In this document: positions 21,102-31,465 of the stretch, piece after piece
How the letters are laid out: the number at the start of each line of letters is the position of its first letter
Position numbering within the stretch: position 1 is the stretch's first letter
Assembly: GCA_963825525.1 (NCBI GenBank)
Contig: CAWGTN010000002.1
Coordinates: 288,001 to 352,000, forward strand
Direction: 5' to 3'
DNA from: an uncultured Chloroflexia bacterium
GTDB lineage: Bacteria; Chloroflexota; Limnocylindria; QHBO01
Length of the DNA stretch: 64,000 bases
Made by a program: the position numbers and the translations under genes
Notes under the pieces: model-generated
The model's database searches: none
Told to the model about the DNA's origin: nothing
What the model saw: only the letters and a program-made list of their open reading frames with translations

Positions 21102-22142
21102 TCACCCGATGCCGGCCTCGCCCGCCCACTGCCGGATCGTGGCGTGATGCACCGCCCACGCGCCCCAGACCACCTGCGCCCAGCTTCGGACCTCAGCCAC
21201 GTGGTCGGCCCCGCTCGTCGCCGACAGGACGTCGCGGACCGTGACCGAATACCCGGATGGCGGGACGAGCCACGGCCAGTCCCGTTGGCCATCGGCGAGG
21301 CGCCGCGTCACCGGCAGGAGCGCATCGGGCCCCAATCCATGCTCGAGCCAGGCACACAGGCTGATGAGATGGACGGCAACTGACTGGCGCTGTCTCCGCC
21401 CATCCACGCCGGGATGCTGCGCCGCATAGATGTCGACCGTGTGCCGATGCACCACGCCGTAGGCGGGATCGGAGAACTCGCGCGCGATGAGCTCGCCGAA
21501 CGCGGACCAGCATGCCCCTGACGCCCCGAGGTACTCGTGCGGCTTGATCTCGGGTAGCGGCTGGAAGATCGCGCCGCAGCCAGGGCAGACCTCGATGCGC
21601 CGCTTCAGGTCGTCGGTCGTATCGACATCGACCGGCGGCCCGTCGAGGACGAACGGCGTCATGAGCTCGGATCGGCCGGCCAGGACGGTTCGGAGACCCT
21701 CGTCACCTGTCGCCTGATCCACGAGGTAGAACAGCGATCGCTCGAGGAGCACCGGCGGGCCGATGACATCGCCGGCCATCGACGCCACGGCGTGCCGGCC
21801 CTCTCGATCGGCGCCAACGAGCGCACGGATGGTCGCCGGCGTGAGCATCGGCTGATCTCCGAGCATGATCACCGCCTCATCGACCCCATCGGGCACGGCG
21901 CCGATTCCGAGGCGTAACGACGCGCTCATCCCCTCCTCGGGCCGATCATTCGTCACACGGACCACGTCGGCAGCCAGGGCAACCGAGGTCGGCGCGACGA
22001 CCAGCACCGGCGACAGGCCCGCCGACCGTGCGATGCCGCACACCACGTCGAGCATCGTGCGATCGCCGATTGGCGCCTCCTGCTTGGGTGACCCGAATCG
22101 ACGCGACGTTCCGGCGGCCAGGATGACGGCGGCGGTGCGCAT
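21102..22142 (-). CDS. MocA/MobA-like nucleotidyltransferase fused to DUF5946-like domain
   Basis: ILAAGTSRRFG, GDQP and DVDT in the N-half. CPGCG...SGACW...HRHTVDIYAAQHP...SVAVHL in the C-half. Confidence 0.8.
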   Translation of the reverse strand: MRTAAVILAAGTSRRFGSPKQEAPIGDRTMLDVVCGIARSAGLSPVLVVAPTSVALAADVVRVTNDRPEEGMSASLRLGIGAVPDGVDEAVIMLGDQPMLTPATIRALVGADREGRHAVASMAGDVIGPPVLLERSLFYLVDQATGDEGLRTVLAGRSELMTPFVLDGPPVDVDTTDDLKRRIEVCPGCGAIFQPLPEIKPHEYLGASGACWSAFGELIAREFSDPAYGVVHRHTVDIYAAQHPGVDGRRQRQSVAVHLISLCAWLEHGLGPDALLPVTRRLADGQRDWPWLVPPSGYSVTVRDVLSATSGADHVAEVRSWAQVVWGAWAVHHATIRQWAGEAGIG

Positions 22143-22192
22143 CGCCCAATTCTGCACACATGACCTGTGACCGACTCTGCGATCATTCCACG

Positions 22193-23791
22193 ATGGCCCA
22201 GCCGTACGACCTCCTGATCGAGGGAGGCCGCATCATCGATGGATCGGGCGCACCCGGATTCGAGGGCGCCGTCGGCGTCCGGGATGGCGTCCTCCATGTG
22301 CTCCGTGGCTCGACCGACGATCTCGATGCAGGCACGCGGATCAACGCGAGCGACCAAGTTGTTGCGCCCGGCTTCATCGACCTCCACTCCCACTCGGGGC
22401 TCATGATCTTCGCCGATCCGCTCCACGAGCCGAAGGTGCGTCAAGGGGTCACGACCGAGGTCATCGGCGTCGACGGGCTGTCCTACGCGCCGATCCCCGA
22501 TCCGGCGGACCTCGAGGCCCTGGCCCACATCAACGCCGGGCTCGACGGGCGCCCCGACATCGCGTACGACTGGACCAGCGTCGAGAGCTATCTCGACCGG
22601 CTCGACGGGCTGCACCCGTCGCTGAACCTGGCCTTCATGGTCGGCAACAGCGCGCTGCGCATCGGCGCCATGGGATGGGACGAAGTCGAGGCGACGGCCG
22701 ACGACATGGCGAACATGCGGGCGATGCTGCGGGAGGCCATGGAGCAGGGCGCCATCGGCGTCACATCGGGCCTTGACTACCCGCCTGGCGCCTACGCCAC
22801 GACCGATGAGCTGGCCGCACTGACCTCCGAGGCGGCGCGTGGCGGCGGGTTCTATCACACCCATGTCCGGTACGACCTCGGTGACCGATACCTGGACCCG
22901 TTCCGCGAGGCGATCGAGATCGGCAGGCGCGGCGAGGGCCCGACCCACATCACCCACTTCTACCACCGGCAGACGTTCCCCGACGGCCCGGGGCCGATGC
23001 TGGCGCTCGTCGACGACGCGCGCGCCGCTGGGCTCGATGTCACGTTCGACACCTATCCGTACGAGTGGGCGTCGACCCGCCTGCTGATCATGATCCCGCC
23101 ATGGGTACAGGCCGGCGGGCCGGCGCCGACGAAGGAGCGGCTGGCCGACCCCGGTGTCCGAGATCGGATCCGACAGGAGCTCGCCGAACGGGGAACGCTC
23201 TTTGCGGGGCGACGCGCGTGGGATGACGTTCGGGTCGGCGCATTCACCCATCCGGAGCTGATGCGCTGGGAGGGTTCGACGTTGGGTGCGGTGATCGCCG
23301 ACCGGGGCGACGATCCGGTCGACGTGCTCTGCGACCTGTTGCTGGCCGAGGACCTGCGGCTCAACCAGGTCACTCCCGGCCCATGGACGGACACGCTCCG
23401 CGACTTCATCCGACATCCCATCGGCATGATCGGCACCGACTCGACGTTCATCGGCGCCAAGCCCTCCCCGCGGACGTATGGGTCATTTCCGCGGGTGCTC
23501 GGCCAGTTCGTGCGCGAGGAGGCGCTGCTCACGCTCGAGGAAGCCGTGCGCTCGATGACATCGGCGCCGGCGGCGCGCCTCGGGTTCCCCGACCGAGGAT
23601 TCGTCCGCGACGGCTACGCGGCGGACCTCGTCATCTTCAACCCCGATCGCGTCCGCTCCAACGCCACCTACGACGAGCCACGGCGGTTTCCCGACGGCAT
23701 CGATTGGGTCGTGGTGGGCGGCGAGGTTGTCGTCGCCGCGGGCGACCACACCGGTGCCCGCCCCGGCCGCGTCATCCGAAGGGGTCGTTGA
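22193..23791 (+). CDS. N-acyl-D-amino-acid deacylase family amidohydrolase
   Basis: PGFIDLHSHS, QGVTTE, GLDYPPG, PRTYGSFPR and ADLVIF. Confidence 0.9.
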   Translation: MAQPYDLLIEGGRIIDGSGAPGFEGAVGVRDGVLHVLRGSTDDLDAGTRINASDQVVAPGFIDLHSHSGLMIFADPLHEPKVRQGVTTEVIGVDGLSYAPIPDPADLEALAHINAGLDGRPDIAYDWTSVESYLDRLDGLHPSLNLAFMVGNSALRIGAMGWDEVEATADDMANMRAMLREAMEQGAIGVTSGLDYPPGAYATTDELAALTSEAARGGGFYHTHVRYDLGDRYLDPFREAIEIGRRGEGPTHITHFYHRQTFPDGPGPMLALVDDARAAGLDVTFDTYPYEWASTRLLIMIPPWVQAGGPAPTKERLADPGVRDRIRQELAERGTLFAGRRAWDDVRVGAFTHPELMRWEGSTLGAVIADRGDDPVDVLCDLLLAEDLRLNQVTPGPWTDTLRDFIRHPIGMIGTDSTFIGAKPSPRTYGSFPRVLGQFVREEALLTLEEAVRSMTSAPAARLGFPDRGFVRDGYAADLVIFNPDRVRSNATYDEPRRFPDGIDWVVVGGEVVVAAGDHTGARPGRVIRRGR

Positions 23792-23797
23792 CCCCCG

Positions 23798-24307
23798 TCA
23801 GAATGGCTTGACGATCATCAGCGCCAGGATCACGAACAGCATCAGTGACATGAACTGCCCGCCCCGCGCGGCCTTCTGCGAGAGCGCGACGAAGGCGGGC
23901 GGCGGACCAGCAGCGGCCGCGTCAGGTGGAGGCGGCTGGCTCGTGAACGCGACCATCTTTCGCACGGTGGGCAGCTGGACGAGGTTTGCGTAGGCGAAGG
24001 TGATGAGGAACAGGACGATCGCGATCGCGAGCCACGGCAGCTCGAGCGGGTTGTAGCCACGAGTCACGATCAGCCCGACGCCCATTAGGAAGACGAACGC
24101 GCTCCCCGGCTCGACCACCTTCTCGGTGATCCACTCCATGGTGCGCAGGACGAAGTTCCCGTGTTGCGGCTCCTTGGCCGCCTTGGCTGCGATGAACGGG
24201 AAGGCGATCGTCGGGCCGAACGCCACAATGACGCCGCCGACATGCAGGTAGAGAAACAACGTCCCGAGCCAGTCCACTGAACCCTCCGCTTGCTCGCTGG
24301 TAGTCAC
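23798..24307 (-). CDS. DUF2269-like membrane protein
   Basis: LFLYLHV N-terminus, four TM segments and LMIVKPF C-terminus. Confidence 0.75.
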   Translation of the reverse strand: MTTSEQAEGSVDWLGTLFLYLHVGGVIVAFGPTIAFPFIAAKAAKEPQHGNFVLRTMEWITEKVVEPGSAFVFLMGVGLIVTRGYNPLELPWLAIAIVLFLITFAYANLVQLPTVRKMVAFTSQPPPPDAAAAGPPPAFVALSQKAARGGQFMSLMLFVILALMIVKPF

Positions 24308-24369
24308 AATCGACGCATCAGGGTATGTCCCGCGTCAACAGGCGAGTGGCGAGGCGCTAGCATTGGCCG

Positions 24370-26760
24370 ATGGAGCGCCCGAGCCTGACCGTCCGCACGA
24401 CCTCGCCGGGTGTTGCGAGCGACACCACCCCGTTGGTCATCCCGACCGATGCCCCGTCACCCGGCCGTGCTCGATCCGCCGCCCCACTGCGCCGCGAGGG
24501 CCCGGACAAGCTCACCGGGGCCGCGAAATACGCCGATGACCTCGTGTTTCCCGGAGCGTGGTTCGGCGCCACGATCCGCTCCAGAGATGCGCACGCCCGG
24601 CTGCTCGAGATCTCGCTCGACGACGGATTCGACTGGAAGCGCGTCGTCGTGGTCACCGCGGACGACATCCCCGGCGAGAACATCGTGAGCCTCATCAGTG
24701 ACGATCAGCCCGTCCTCGTGCCGGTCGGAGGCGAGATCCAGCACCAGGCGGAGGCCTGTGCCCTCATCGCCGCCCCGGACCGCGCGACCCTCCACGAGGC
24801 GCGACGACGTGTGCAGCTCAAGACTGAACGACTACCTCCGACATTCGATCCACTCGAGTCCGACCGGGAGTTCGCCCACTACACGGTGGCGCGCGGGGAC
24901 GCCGCAGCCGCCATGGCCGGCGCCGAGCTGGTCATCGAGGGCACGTACCGCGTCGGCCACCAGGAACAGCTGTATATCGAGAACCAGGCGATGATCGCCG
25001 TGCCTCGCGAGGATGGTGGAGTCACGGTCCACGGATCGCTGCAGTGCCCGTACTACATCCACAAGGCGATGAAGCGTGCGCTCGATATGAGCGACGAGCT
25101 GGCTGTGGTGGTGCAGGCCGAGACGGGCGGCGGATTCGGCGGCAAGGAGGAGTACCCGTCGGTCGTGGCGCTCCACGCGTCGCTGCTCGCGCTCAAGTGC
25201 CGCAAGCCGGTTCGCATGATCTACGACCGCCACGAGGACATCAGCGCCACGACGAAGCGCCACCCTGCGGTCATTCGCTATCGGTCCGGGGTGAGCGCCA
25301 CAGGCGAGCTCGTCGCGCAGGAGATAGAGGTGATCATGGACGGCGGTGCGTACTGCACGCTCACGCCCGTCGTCCTGTCACGCGGCATCCTCCATGCCGG
25401 CGGCCCCTATCGCTGCGAGAACGTTCGGATCACGGGGCGAGCCATGGCCACCAACACGCCTCCGAACGGAGCCTTCCGCGGATTCGGCGCGCCGCAGACC
25501 GAGTTCGCGGCCGAGATGCAGGTGAACCGAATCGCCGAAGCGCTCGACGCCTCGCCCCTGGACCTGCGCCGGCGCTGGGTGTACCGCGAGGGCGACACGA
25601 CGCCCACGGGCCAGGTGCTCCGCGAGAGCGTGGGCGGGACCGACGTGCTCGAGGCGGCAGCCGCGGCGGCCGGATTCGACCGCACCCATGCCCAGACTCG
25701 ATCTATGCGAGAGGCCCGAACCGATGGCGCCCGCACCGCCACCGGCATCGGCATGGCACTGGCCTGGCATGGTGCCGGATTCACCGGATCGGGCGAGGTG
25801 AGGCTGGCCTCGGTGGCATCGCTGGAGATCACCGACGACGGCCGAATCCGGATTCTCACCGCGTCGACCGAGATGGGCCAGGGAACGAAGACGATCTTCC
25901 CCCAGATCGTCGCCGAAGCCCTCGGCGTCGACTATGACGAGGTCGAGATCGCTCCCCAGGACACATCGATCGTTCCCGACTCGGGGCCGACCGTGGCCAG
26001 CCGGACCGCGATGGTCGTCGGTGGCCTCCTCATCCGGGCAGCGGAGAAGCTCCGGAAGCGCGTCGAAGACGCAGCAGGGCGACCGTTCTCGGAGGCATAC
26101 CGTGACGCGGGACCGATGCGCATCGACGAGCAGTTCGTCGCCTACCCCGGCGAGCCGTTCGACGACACCAACTACACGGGTGACGCGTATCCGGCCTTCG
26201 GCTGGGCCGCCGCGGTCGCCCGGGTCGACGTCGACCTGGATACCGGCGAGGTCGCGGTGCGCGAGTGCGTCAGCGCCGATGACATCGGGCGCGTCATCCA
26301 TCCAATTCTCGCCGAGGGACAGGTGGAGGGAGGCACCCTGCAGGCAATCGGCTACGCCACCATTGAAGAGATGAAGCTCGTCGGTGGGCGCTACCTCAAC
26401 GATCGGCTGGCGACCTATCTCATTCCCACCTCCCTCGATGCGCCGCGCCTGCGCTCGATCCTGGTCGAGAAGCCGTTCTCGGGAGCCCCACACGGTGCAA
26501 AGGGCGTCGGAGAGCTGCCGATGGACGTCGGCGCACCCGCTGTCGTGGCGGCCATTCATGATGCGACCGGGGTCTGGATCCACGATCTCCCGGCAACCCC
26601 GGAGCGCATCCTTGCGGCGATGACCGGCGGCGACCCGCTGCCGGCTCCCGGGGTATCACTCGACGAGCCCGCACCCAGGACGCCGCCCATCGAGAACCTA
26701 CCGCCCGGTGGCGACGCCATGCCGTTTCGCGCCCCGACCGATGAGGGCCAGGCACAATGA
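24370..26760 (+). CDS. Xanthine dehydrogenase family molybdopterin-binding subunit
   Basis: QEQLYIE, GGGFGGK, AFRGFGAPQ, EMGQG, TVASR and GAKGVGE. Confidence 0.94.
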   Translation: MERPSLTVRTTSPGVASDTTPLVIPTDAPSPGRARSAAPLRREGPDKLTGAAKYADDLVFPGAWFGATIRSRDAHARLLEISLDDGFDWKRVVVVTADDIPGENIVSLISDDQPVLVPVGGEIQHQAEACALIAAPDRATLHEARRRVQLKTERLPPTFDPLESDREFAHYTVARGDAAAAMAGAELVIEGTYRVGHQEQLYIENQAMIAVPREDGGVTVHGSLQCPYYIHKAMKRALDMSDELAVVVQAETGGGFGGKEEYPSVVALHASLLALKCRKPVRMIYDRHEDISATTKRHPAVIRYRSGVSATGELVAQEIEVIMDGGAYCTLTPVVLSRGILHAGGPYRCENVRITGRAMATNTPPNGAFRGFGAPQTEFAAEMQVNRIAEALDASPLDLRRRWVYREGDTTPTGQVLRESVGGTDVLEAAAAAAGFDRTHAQTRSMREARTDGARTATGIGMALAWHGAGFTGSGEVRLASVASLEITDDGRIRILTASTEMGQGTKTIFPQIVAEALGVDYDEVEIAPQDTSIVPDSGPTVASRTAMVVGGLLIRAAEKLRKRVEDAAGRPFSEAYRDAGPMRIDEQFVAYPGEPFDDTNYTGDAYPAFGWAAAVARVDVDLDTGEVAVRECVSADDIGRVIHPILAEGQVEGGTLQAIGYATIEEMKLVGGRYLNDRLATYLIPTSLDAPRLRSILVEKPFSGAPHGAKGVGELPMDVGAPAVVAAIHDATGVWIHDLPATPERILAAMTGGDPLPAPGVSLDEPAPRTPPIENLPPGGDAMPFRAPTDEGQAQ

Positions 26761-27224
26761 GCTTTGAGTTCACGGTCAATGGCGCACCGGTCGAGGTCGA
26801 GGCGACCGGTACCCGACGCCTGCTTGATGTGCTGCGTGAAGATCTGGGCCTGACCGGCACGAAGGAGGGGTGTGGCGAGGGAGAATGCGGAGCCTGCAGC
26901 GTCCTTGTCGACGGCGCGGTGGTGGACGCCTGCCTGGTACCCGTGAGCCAGGCAGCCGGCCGAATGGTGCGAACCGTCGAGGATCTCGCCGCGGACAGCG
27001 GACTGGACGTCCTGCAGCAGGCATTTCTGGAGACCGGCGGCGCCCAGTGCGGCATCTGCACGCCGGGGATGCTGATGGCGGGCCACGCGTTCCTCGCATC
27101 GGGCGCGGAGCCCAGCGAGGAGAACATTCGCGAGGCAATCGCCGGCAACCTGTGTCGCTGCACCGGCTACACGAAGATCATTGATGCCATCGCCCTCGCG
27201 GCCGAACGGAGCGCGCATTCATGA
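26757..27224 (+). CDS. Xanthine dehydrogenase family [2Fe-2S] subunit
   Basis: GCGEGECGAC, QCGICTPG and NLCRCTGY. Confidence 0.95.
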   Translation: MSFEFTVNGAPVEVEATGTRRLLDVLREDLGLTGTKEGCGEGECGACSVLVDGAVVDACLVPVSQAAGRMVRTVEDLAADSGLDVLQQAFLETGGAQCGICTPGMLMAGHAFLASGAEPSEENIREAIAGNLCRCTGYTKIIDAIALAAERSAHS

Positions 27225-27358
27225 CCGATGCCCCCGAACCCCTCGCTGCGGCGGTCGACGACCACGACGTGACGCTGGCCATCACTCCGGGGCAGCTCAT
27301 CCTGGTGGCGATCGCGGCCCTCGTGCTTCTGCGCATCGTTCGCAGCTTCCGCGGGTAA
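27221..27358 (+). CDS. 45-aa single-TM microprotein inside the xdh operon (not in ORF track)
   Basis: ATGA overlap with the Fe-S subunit stop. MTDAPEPLAAAVDDHDVTLAITPGQLILVAIAALVLLRIVRSFRG, ending 5 nt before the FAD-subunit ATG. Confidence 0.7.
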   Translation: MTDAPEPLAAAVDDHDVTLAITPGQLILVAIAALVLLRIVRSFRG

Positions 27359-27363
27359 CGGCG

Positions 27364-28236
27364 ATGCCGAACGCGGTGGAGCCGCCATCCGAGTCCCCCA
27401 CCCGGCTCGAAGCCGCCCTGGCGCTCATGGCCGATGCCTCCGGTGCGACGTGGACCCCACTGGCCGGTGGGACCGACCTCATGGTCCAGATGACCGGCGA
27501 GATCGGCGAACCGCCCACCCGCGTCCTGGACATCTGGGCCCTGGATGAGCTGCGCGGGATCAGCGTGGTGGGCGATGCTCTATCGATCGGCGCCCTCACC
27601 ACGTACACCGAGCTGCGCACGTCTCCGGTCATCGCCGAATTCGTCCCGGCGTTGGCCGATGCTGCCGCGACGATCGGCGCGGCCCAGATTCAGAATCGCG
27701 GGACGATCGGGGGCAATGTGATCAACGCTTCTCCCGCCGGCGACACGCTCCCGGTGCTCCTGGCGCTGGGCGCGCGCTTCGTGCTCGTCTCGACGAACGG
27801 CGCGCGGACCGTGCCGTCCGATGAGTTCTGGACCGGCTACCGGAAGACGGCGCGCACGGCGGACGAGCTGCTCCTCCGCGTCGAGATCCCCATCGTCGCG
27901 GATCGGCAGGTCCGATTCCGCAAGATCGGGACGCGGCGGGCACAGGCGATCAGCAAGGTCGTCATCGCCCTCGCCTGGCGAGGATCGACCGGCGACGCAG
28001 CATGGTCCGACGTTCGCCTGGCGCTGGGATCGGTGGCCGCGACCACGGTACGCGCCCCCCGGACCGAGGCCGTTCTCGAGGGCTCGCGGCCGGATCGTGA
28101 CACGGCCGACCTGGCGGTCAGCGCGCTGGCATCGGAGCTGGTGCCCATCGATGACGTGCGGTCCACGGCGGCGTACCGGCAACTCGTGGCCGGCCGCGTC
28201 CTGCATCGGCTCCTGCGCGACGAGGGTGGTTGGTGA
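27364..28236 (+). CDS. Xanthine dehydrogenase family FAD-binding subunit
   Basis: AGGTDL, QIQNRGTIGGN, ASPAGD and PIDDVRSTAAYR. Confidence 0.93.
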   Translation: MPNAVEPPSESPTRLEAALALMADASGATWTPLAGGTDLMVQMTGEIGEPPTRVLDIWALDELRGISVVGDALSIGALTTYTELRTSPVIAEFVPALADAAATIGAAQIQNRGTIGGNVINASPAGDTLPVLLALGARFVLVSTNGARTVPSDEFWTGYRKTARTADELLLRVEIPIVADRQVRFRKIGTRRAQAISKVVIALAWRGSTGDAAWSDVRLALGSVAATTVRAPRTEAVLEGSRPDRDTADLAVSALASELVPIDDVRSTAAYRQLVAGRVLHRLLRDEGGW

Positions 28237-28844
28237 GGCGTCCGACTCGGGACGAGGTGGAGGTGTTCGAATCACCGGCTGACTTTCGCTCGTGGCTGGA
28301 GCAGCACCACGCCACCTCTGACGCCGTCTGGGTGGCCTACTACCGCAAGGACGTGCCGAAGGTGTCGATGACCTACGGGGAGGCGGTCGAGGTCGCGCTC
28401 TGCTACGGCTGGATCGACGGCATCGGCTACCGCGTTGATGACGAGGTCAGCACGAACCGCTTCACGCCACGCCGCACGGGCAGCTACTGGAGCACGGTGA
28501 ACATCGCCAAGGTCGAGCGACTGACGCGGGAGGGTCTCATGGCCCCGGCCGGCCTGCGTGCCTTCGAAGCGCGCGACCAATCGTCCGAGGCGCGCTATTC
28601 CTACGAGAATCGACCGGCCGACCTGCCGCCCGCGATGCTCGATCGGCTCAGGGGCAACCCCGATGCGGCGCGCTACTGGGAGCAGCAGACGCCCGGCTAC
28701 CGCCGCGCCGCCGCCTTCTGGGTGATGGGTGCCAAGCGCGAGGAGACGCGCCTGCGGCGCCTGGAGCAGCTCACACAGGACGCGGCCGCCGGACGCCCGA
28801 TCAAGATGCTCTCCTACGGCCGAGATCGCTCCGCCGGGCGCTGA
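28233..28844 (+). CDS. YdeI/OmpD-associated family protein
   Basis: [24 protein letters not shown]...WS and [10 protein letters not shown]. Confidence 0.88.
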   Translation: MRRPTRDEVEVFESPADFRSWLEQHHATSDAVWVAYYRKDVPKVSMTYGEAVEVALCYGWIDGIGYRVDDEVSTNRFTPRRTGSYWSTVNIAKVERLTREGLMAPAGLRAFEARDQSSEARYSYENRPADLPPAMLDRLRGNPDAARYWEQQTPGYRRAAAFWVMGAKREETRLRRLEQLTQDAAAGRPIKMLSYGRDRSAGR

Positions 28845-28863
28845 CTGCTGGGACAATGGGCGA

Positions 28864-30445
28864 ATGACCGATATGCCAGATGGCGTCCAGATCAGCCGAC
28901 CGACCGATCACGCCGACGAGATCCTCACGCCCGATGCTCTCGCGTTCGCCGCCGACCTGCATCGGCGCTTCAATGCCCGCAGGCTCGGACTGCTGGAGGC
29001 CCGAACGGTGCGCCAGGCCAGCTTCGATGCTGGCAGCCTGCCGGACTTCCTGCCCGAAACCGCGTCCGTTCGAGAGGACGACTCGTGGCAGGTCGGGGTC
29101 GGCGCCCGCTGACCTCGACGATCGCCGGGTTGAGATCACGGGACCGGCCGAGCCCAAGATGATGATCAACGCGCTGAACAGCGGCGCCAAGGTGTTCATG
29201 TGCGACTTCGAGGACGCGCTGTCGCCCACCTGGGACAACGTCGTGACGGGCCAGTGGGCGGTGCGCGAAGCCGCCCGACGCCGCCTGAGCCATCGGACCG
29301 CAGAGAAGACATACGAGCTCGCGCCGCAGATCGCGACCCTCGTCGTGCGGCCGCGCGGATGGCACCTCGACGAGGCGCACGTCACCGTCGATGGCGAGCC
29401 GATTGCCGCAAGCCTGTTCGACTTCGGGTTGACGTTCTTTCACAACGCCCGCGAGCAGCTGGCTCGGGGCTCCGGGCCGTACTTCTACCTGCCGAAGCTC
29501 GAGTCGCACCTCGAGGCGAGGCTCTGGAACGATGTCTTCATCCACGCTCAGGAGGCCCTGGGGATTCCTCGCGGCTCGATCCGGGCGACGGTCCTGATCG
29601 AGCACATTCTCCTGGCCTTCGAGATGGAGGAGGTCCTCTACGAGCTCCGAGAGCACGCGGCCGGCCTGAATGCCGGCCGATGGGACTACATCTTCAGCAT
29701 GATCAAGACGTTTCGGTCGCGCGACGACATGATCCTGCCCGACCGCTCGAACGTCACGATGACCGTGCCCTTCATGCGCGCGTACACCGAGCTCCTCGTC
29801 CGGACCTGCCACCGTCGTGGCGCCCATGCCATGGGCGGCATGGCTGCCTTCATTCCCTCCCGTCGCGATGCTGACGTCAATGAGCGCGCGCTCGCCGCCG
29901 TCCGCGCCGACAAGGAGCGCGAGTCCGGCGACGGGTTCGATGGCACATGGGTCGCCCACCCTGACCTGGTGCCGATTGCGCACGAGGTCTTCGACAAGGT
30001 GCTCGCAGAGCGGCCCCACCAGAAGGGGCGCCAGAGAAGCGACGTGGTCGCCGACGGGGCGGCGCTCCTGGACGTGAGCGTGCCGGGCGGCGCCGTCACC
30101 GAGGCCGGTGTGCGCGCCAACATCTCGGTCGGGCTGGCCTACCTGGCGAGCTGGCTGGCCGGCAACGGGGCCGCGGCCATCAACAACCTCATGGAGGACG
30201 CGGCGACGGCGGAGATCAGCCGCTCTCAGCTCTGGCAGTGGCGCACGCAGGAGTCGCCGATCGAAGACGGCCAGCCGATGACGGCCGGGCGATACCGTTC
30301 CTGGCGCGACGAGGAGCTCACCGCGCTCCGCCAGGCGACCCCCGAGGCGCCCTGGGACGCGGCCGCCGAGCTGCTCGATGAGCTCGTGCTGTCCGACGAG
30401 TACGCGACGTTTCTCACCCTCGTCGCCTACGGTCGGCTTGGCTAG
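28864..30445 (+). CDS. aceB: Malate synthase A (one +1 frameshift at GGGG 29095-29098, probably sequencing error)
   Basis: N-terminus ILTPDALAF...LPDFLPET in one frame. [31 protein letters not shown] and [11 protein letters not shown] in the other. Confidence 0.94.
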
Positions 30446-30490
30446 CAGGCTCAATCACCCGAAAAGACCATCGCGCAGCACGAATGGGTG

Positions 30491-30519
30491 GTGACGATCC
30501 ACGGATTCCGTGCTACGCT
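30491..30519 (+). promoter_or_regulatory. Putative sigma70 promoter with internal palindrome
   Basis: GTGACG-17nt-TACGCT with extended TG; CACGGA-T-TCCGTG inverted repeat at 30500-30512. Confidence 0.5.
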
Positions 30520-30634
30520 CATATGAGCAAACGCCCAAGCATGGGCAATCACAATCGCGGCAGCACGAACGCTCCTCTCACGGTCTTAACGGCGAGATGG
30601 CTCGCTGAGGCCGCGCAGAAGGAGTGTTTCTCTT

Positions 30635-30973
30635 TTGTTGACCTACGAAGACAAGACGCTGACGTGCGTCGACTGCGGAATGGAGTTCTCGTTCACCGCG
30701 AGCGACCAGCAGTTCTACGCTGACCGTCAGTTCAGCGAGCCGCGCCGATGCCCGGCCTGCCGGGCAGCCAAGAAGGCGGCCCGTGGCGAAAGCACCGGAA
30801 GCTACGGTGGCGGCGGTGGTGGTGGATACGGTGGCGGCGGTGGCGGCGGCTACAGCGATCGCCCGCGCGAGATGTTCAGCGCCACCTGCGACAGCTGTGG
30901 CAAGGAAGCTCGCGTTCCGTTCCGCCCGACCGGCACGAAGCCCGTCTATTGCAGCGACTGCTTCCGCCGCTAG
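30635..30973 (+). CDS. Zinc-ribbon (zf-trcl / CxxC-x17-CxxC) protein
   Basis: DKTLTCVDCG...PRRCPAC, Gly-rich linker and CDSCG...VPFRP...PVYCSDC. GAAGGAG RBS with TTG start. Confidence 0.92.
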   Translation: MLTYEDKTLTCVDCGMEFSFTASDQQFYADRQFSEPRRCPACRAAKKAARGESTGSYGGGGGGGYGGGGGGGYSDRPREMFSATCDSCGKEARVPFRPTGTKPVYCSDCFRR

Positions 30974-30994
30974 ACGCAGCTCTGCGCACATCGC

Positions 30995-31030
30995 AAAACG
31001 ACCCGGTGGCTTCGGCCGCCGGGTCGTTTG
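30995..31030. terminator. Intrinsic (likely bidirectional) terminator
   Basis: AAACGACCCGGTGGC-TTCG-GCCGCCGGGTCGTTT between convergent genes. Confidence 0.85.
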
Positions 31031-31426
31031 TCATTTGCCGGCGGCCTTCAGCCCGTCGGCGGTTCCCCATGGGTCCGCCCACGGATACCGCCGACTCGCA
31101 ATTTCAAGTGCCTCGAGCATCCGGCCGCGTGCCGTGGCCAGCGCCTCCGAGGCCAGGGCCAGCTCTGCATCGTCGGCGTCCTTCTGCTCGGTCTCGGCAC
31201 GAATCGCCTGGGCCACGCGTCGGTATGCCTGGATGCCGTCGTTCGCGGATCGCGTGATCTGCCCCGTCGCCTGGCGGAGGTGCTTCAGCTGCTCCTCCGG
31301 CCGCGGTTCGGCGCGCAGCTGGCGGTCCAGGATGCCGCTCAGCTCCTCGATCCGCCGCGTGGCACGATCGATGGCCCGAAGGTCAGCTGAGCTTCGGCGG
31401 CTGAGGCGACTGCGAGATCGAATCAA
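31031..31426 (-). CDS. Hypothetical helical protein
   Basis: 131-aa ORF with TACCCT -10-like element 6 nt before the TTG; ends at the terminator. Confidence 0.6.
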   Translation of the reverse strand: MIRSRSRLSRRSSADLRAIDRATRRIEELSGILDRQLRAEPRPEEQLKHLRQATGQITRSANDGIQAYRRVAQAIRAETEQKDADDAELALASEALATARGRMLEALEIASRRYPWADPWGTADGLKAAGK

Positions 31427-31465
31427 GCATCAAGGGTATCATCTCGCGCCGATTCCCTCGCCCGC

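Noticed and set aside
30800-30852. GGT/GGC tandem repeat
   Set aside because: It is simply the Gly-rich linker of the zinc-ribbon protein.
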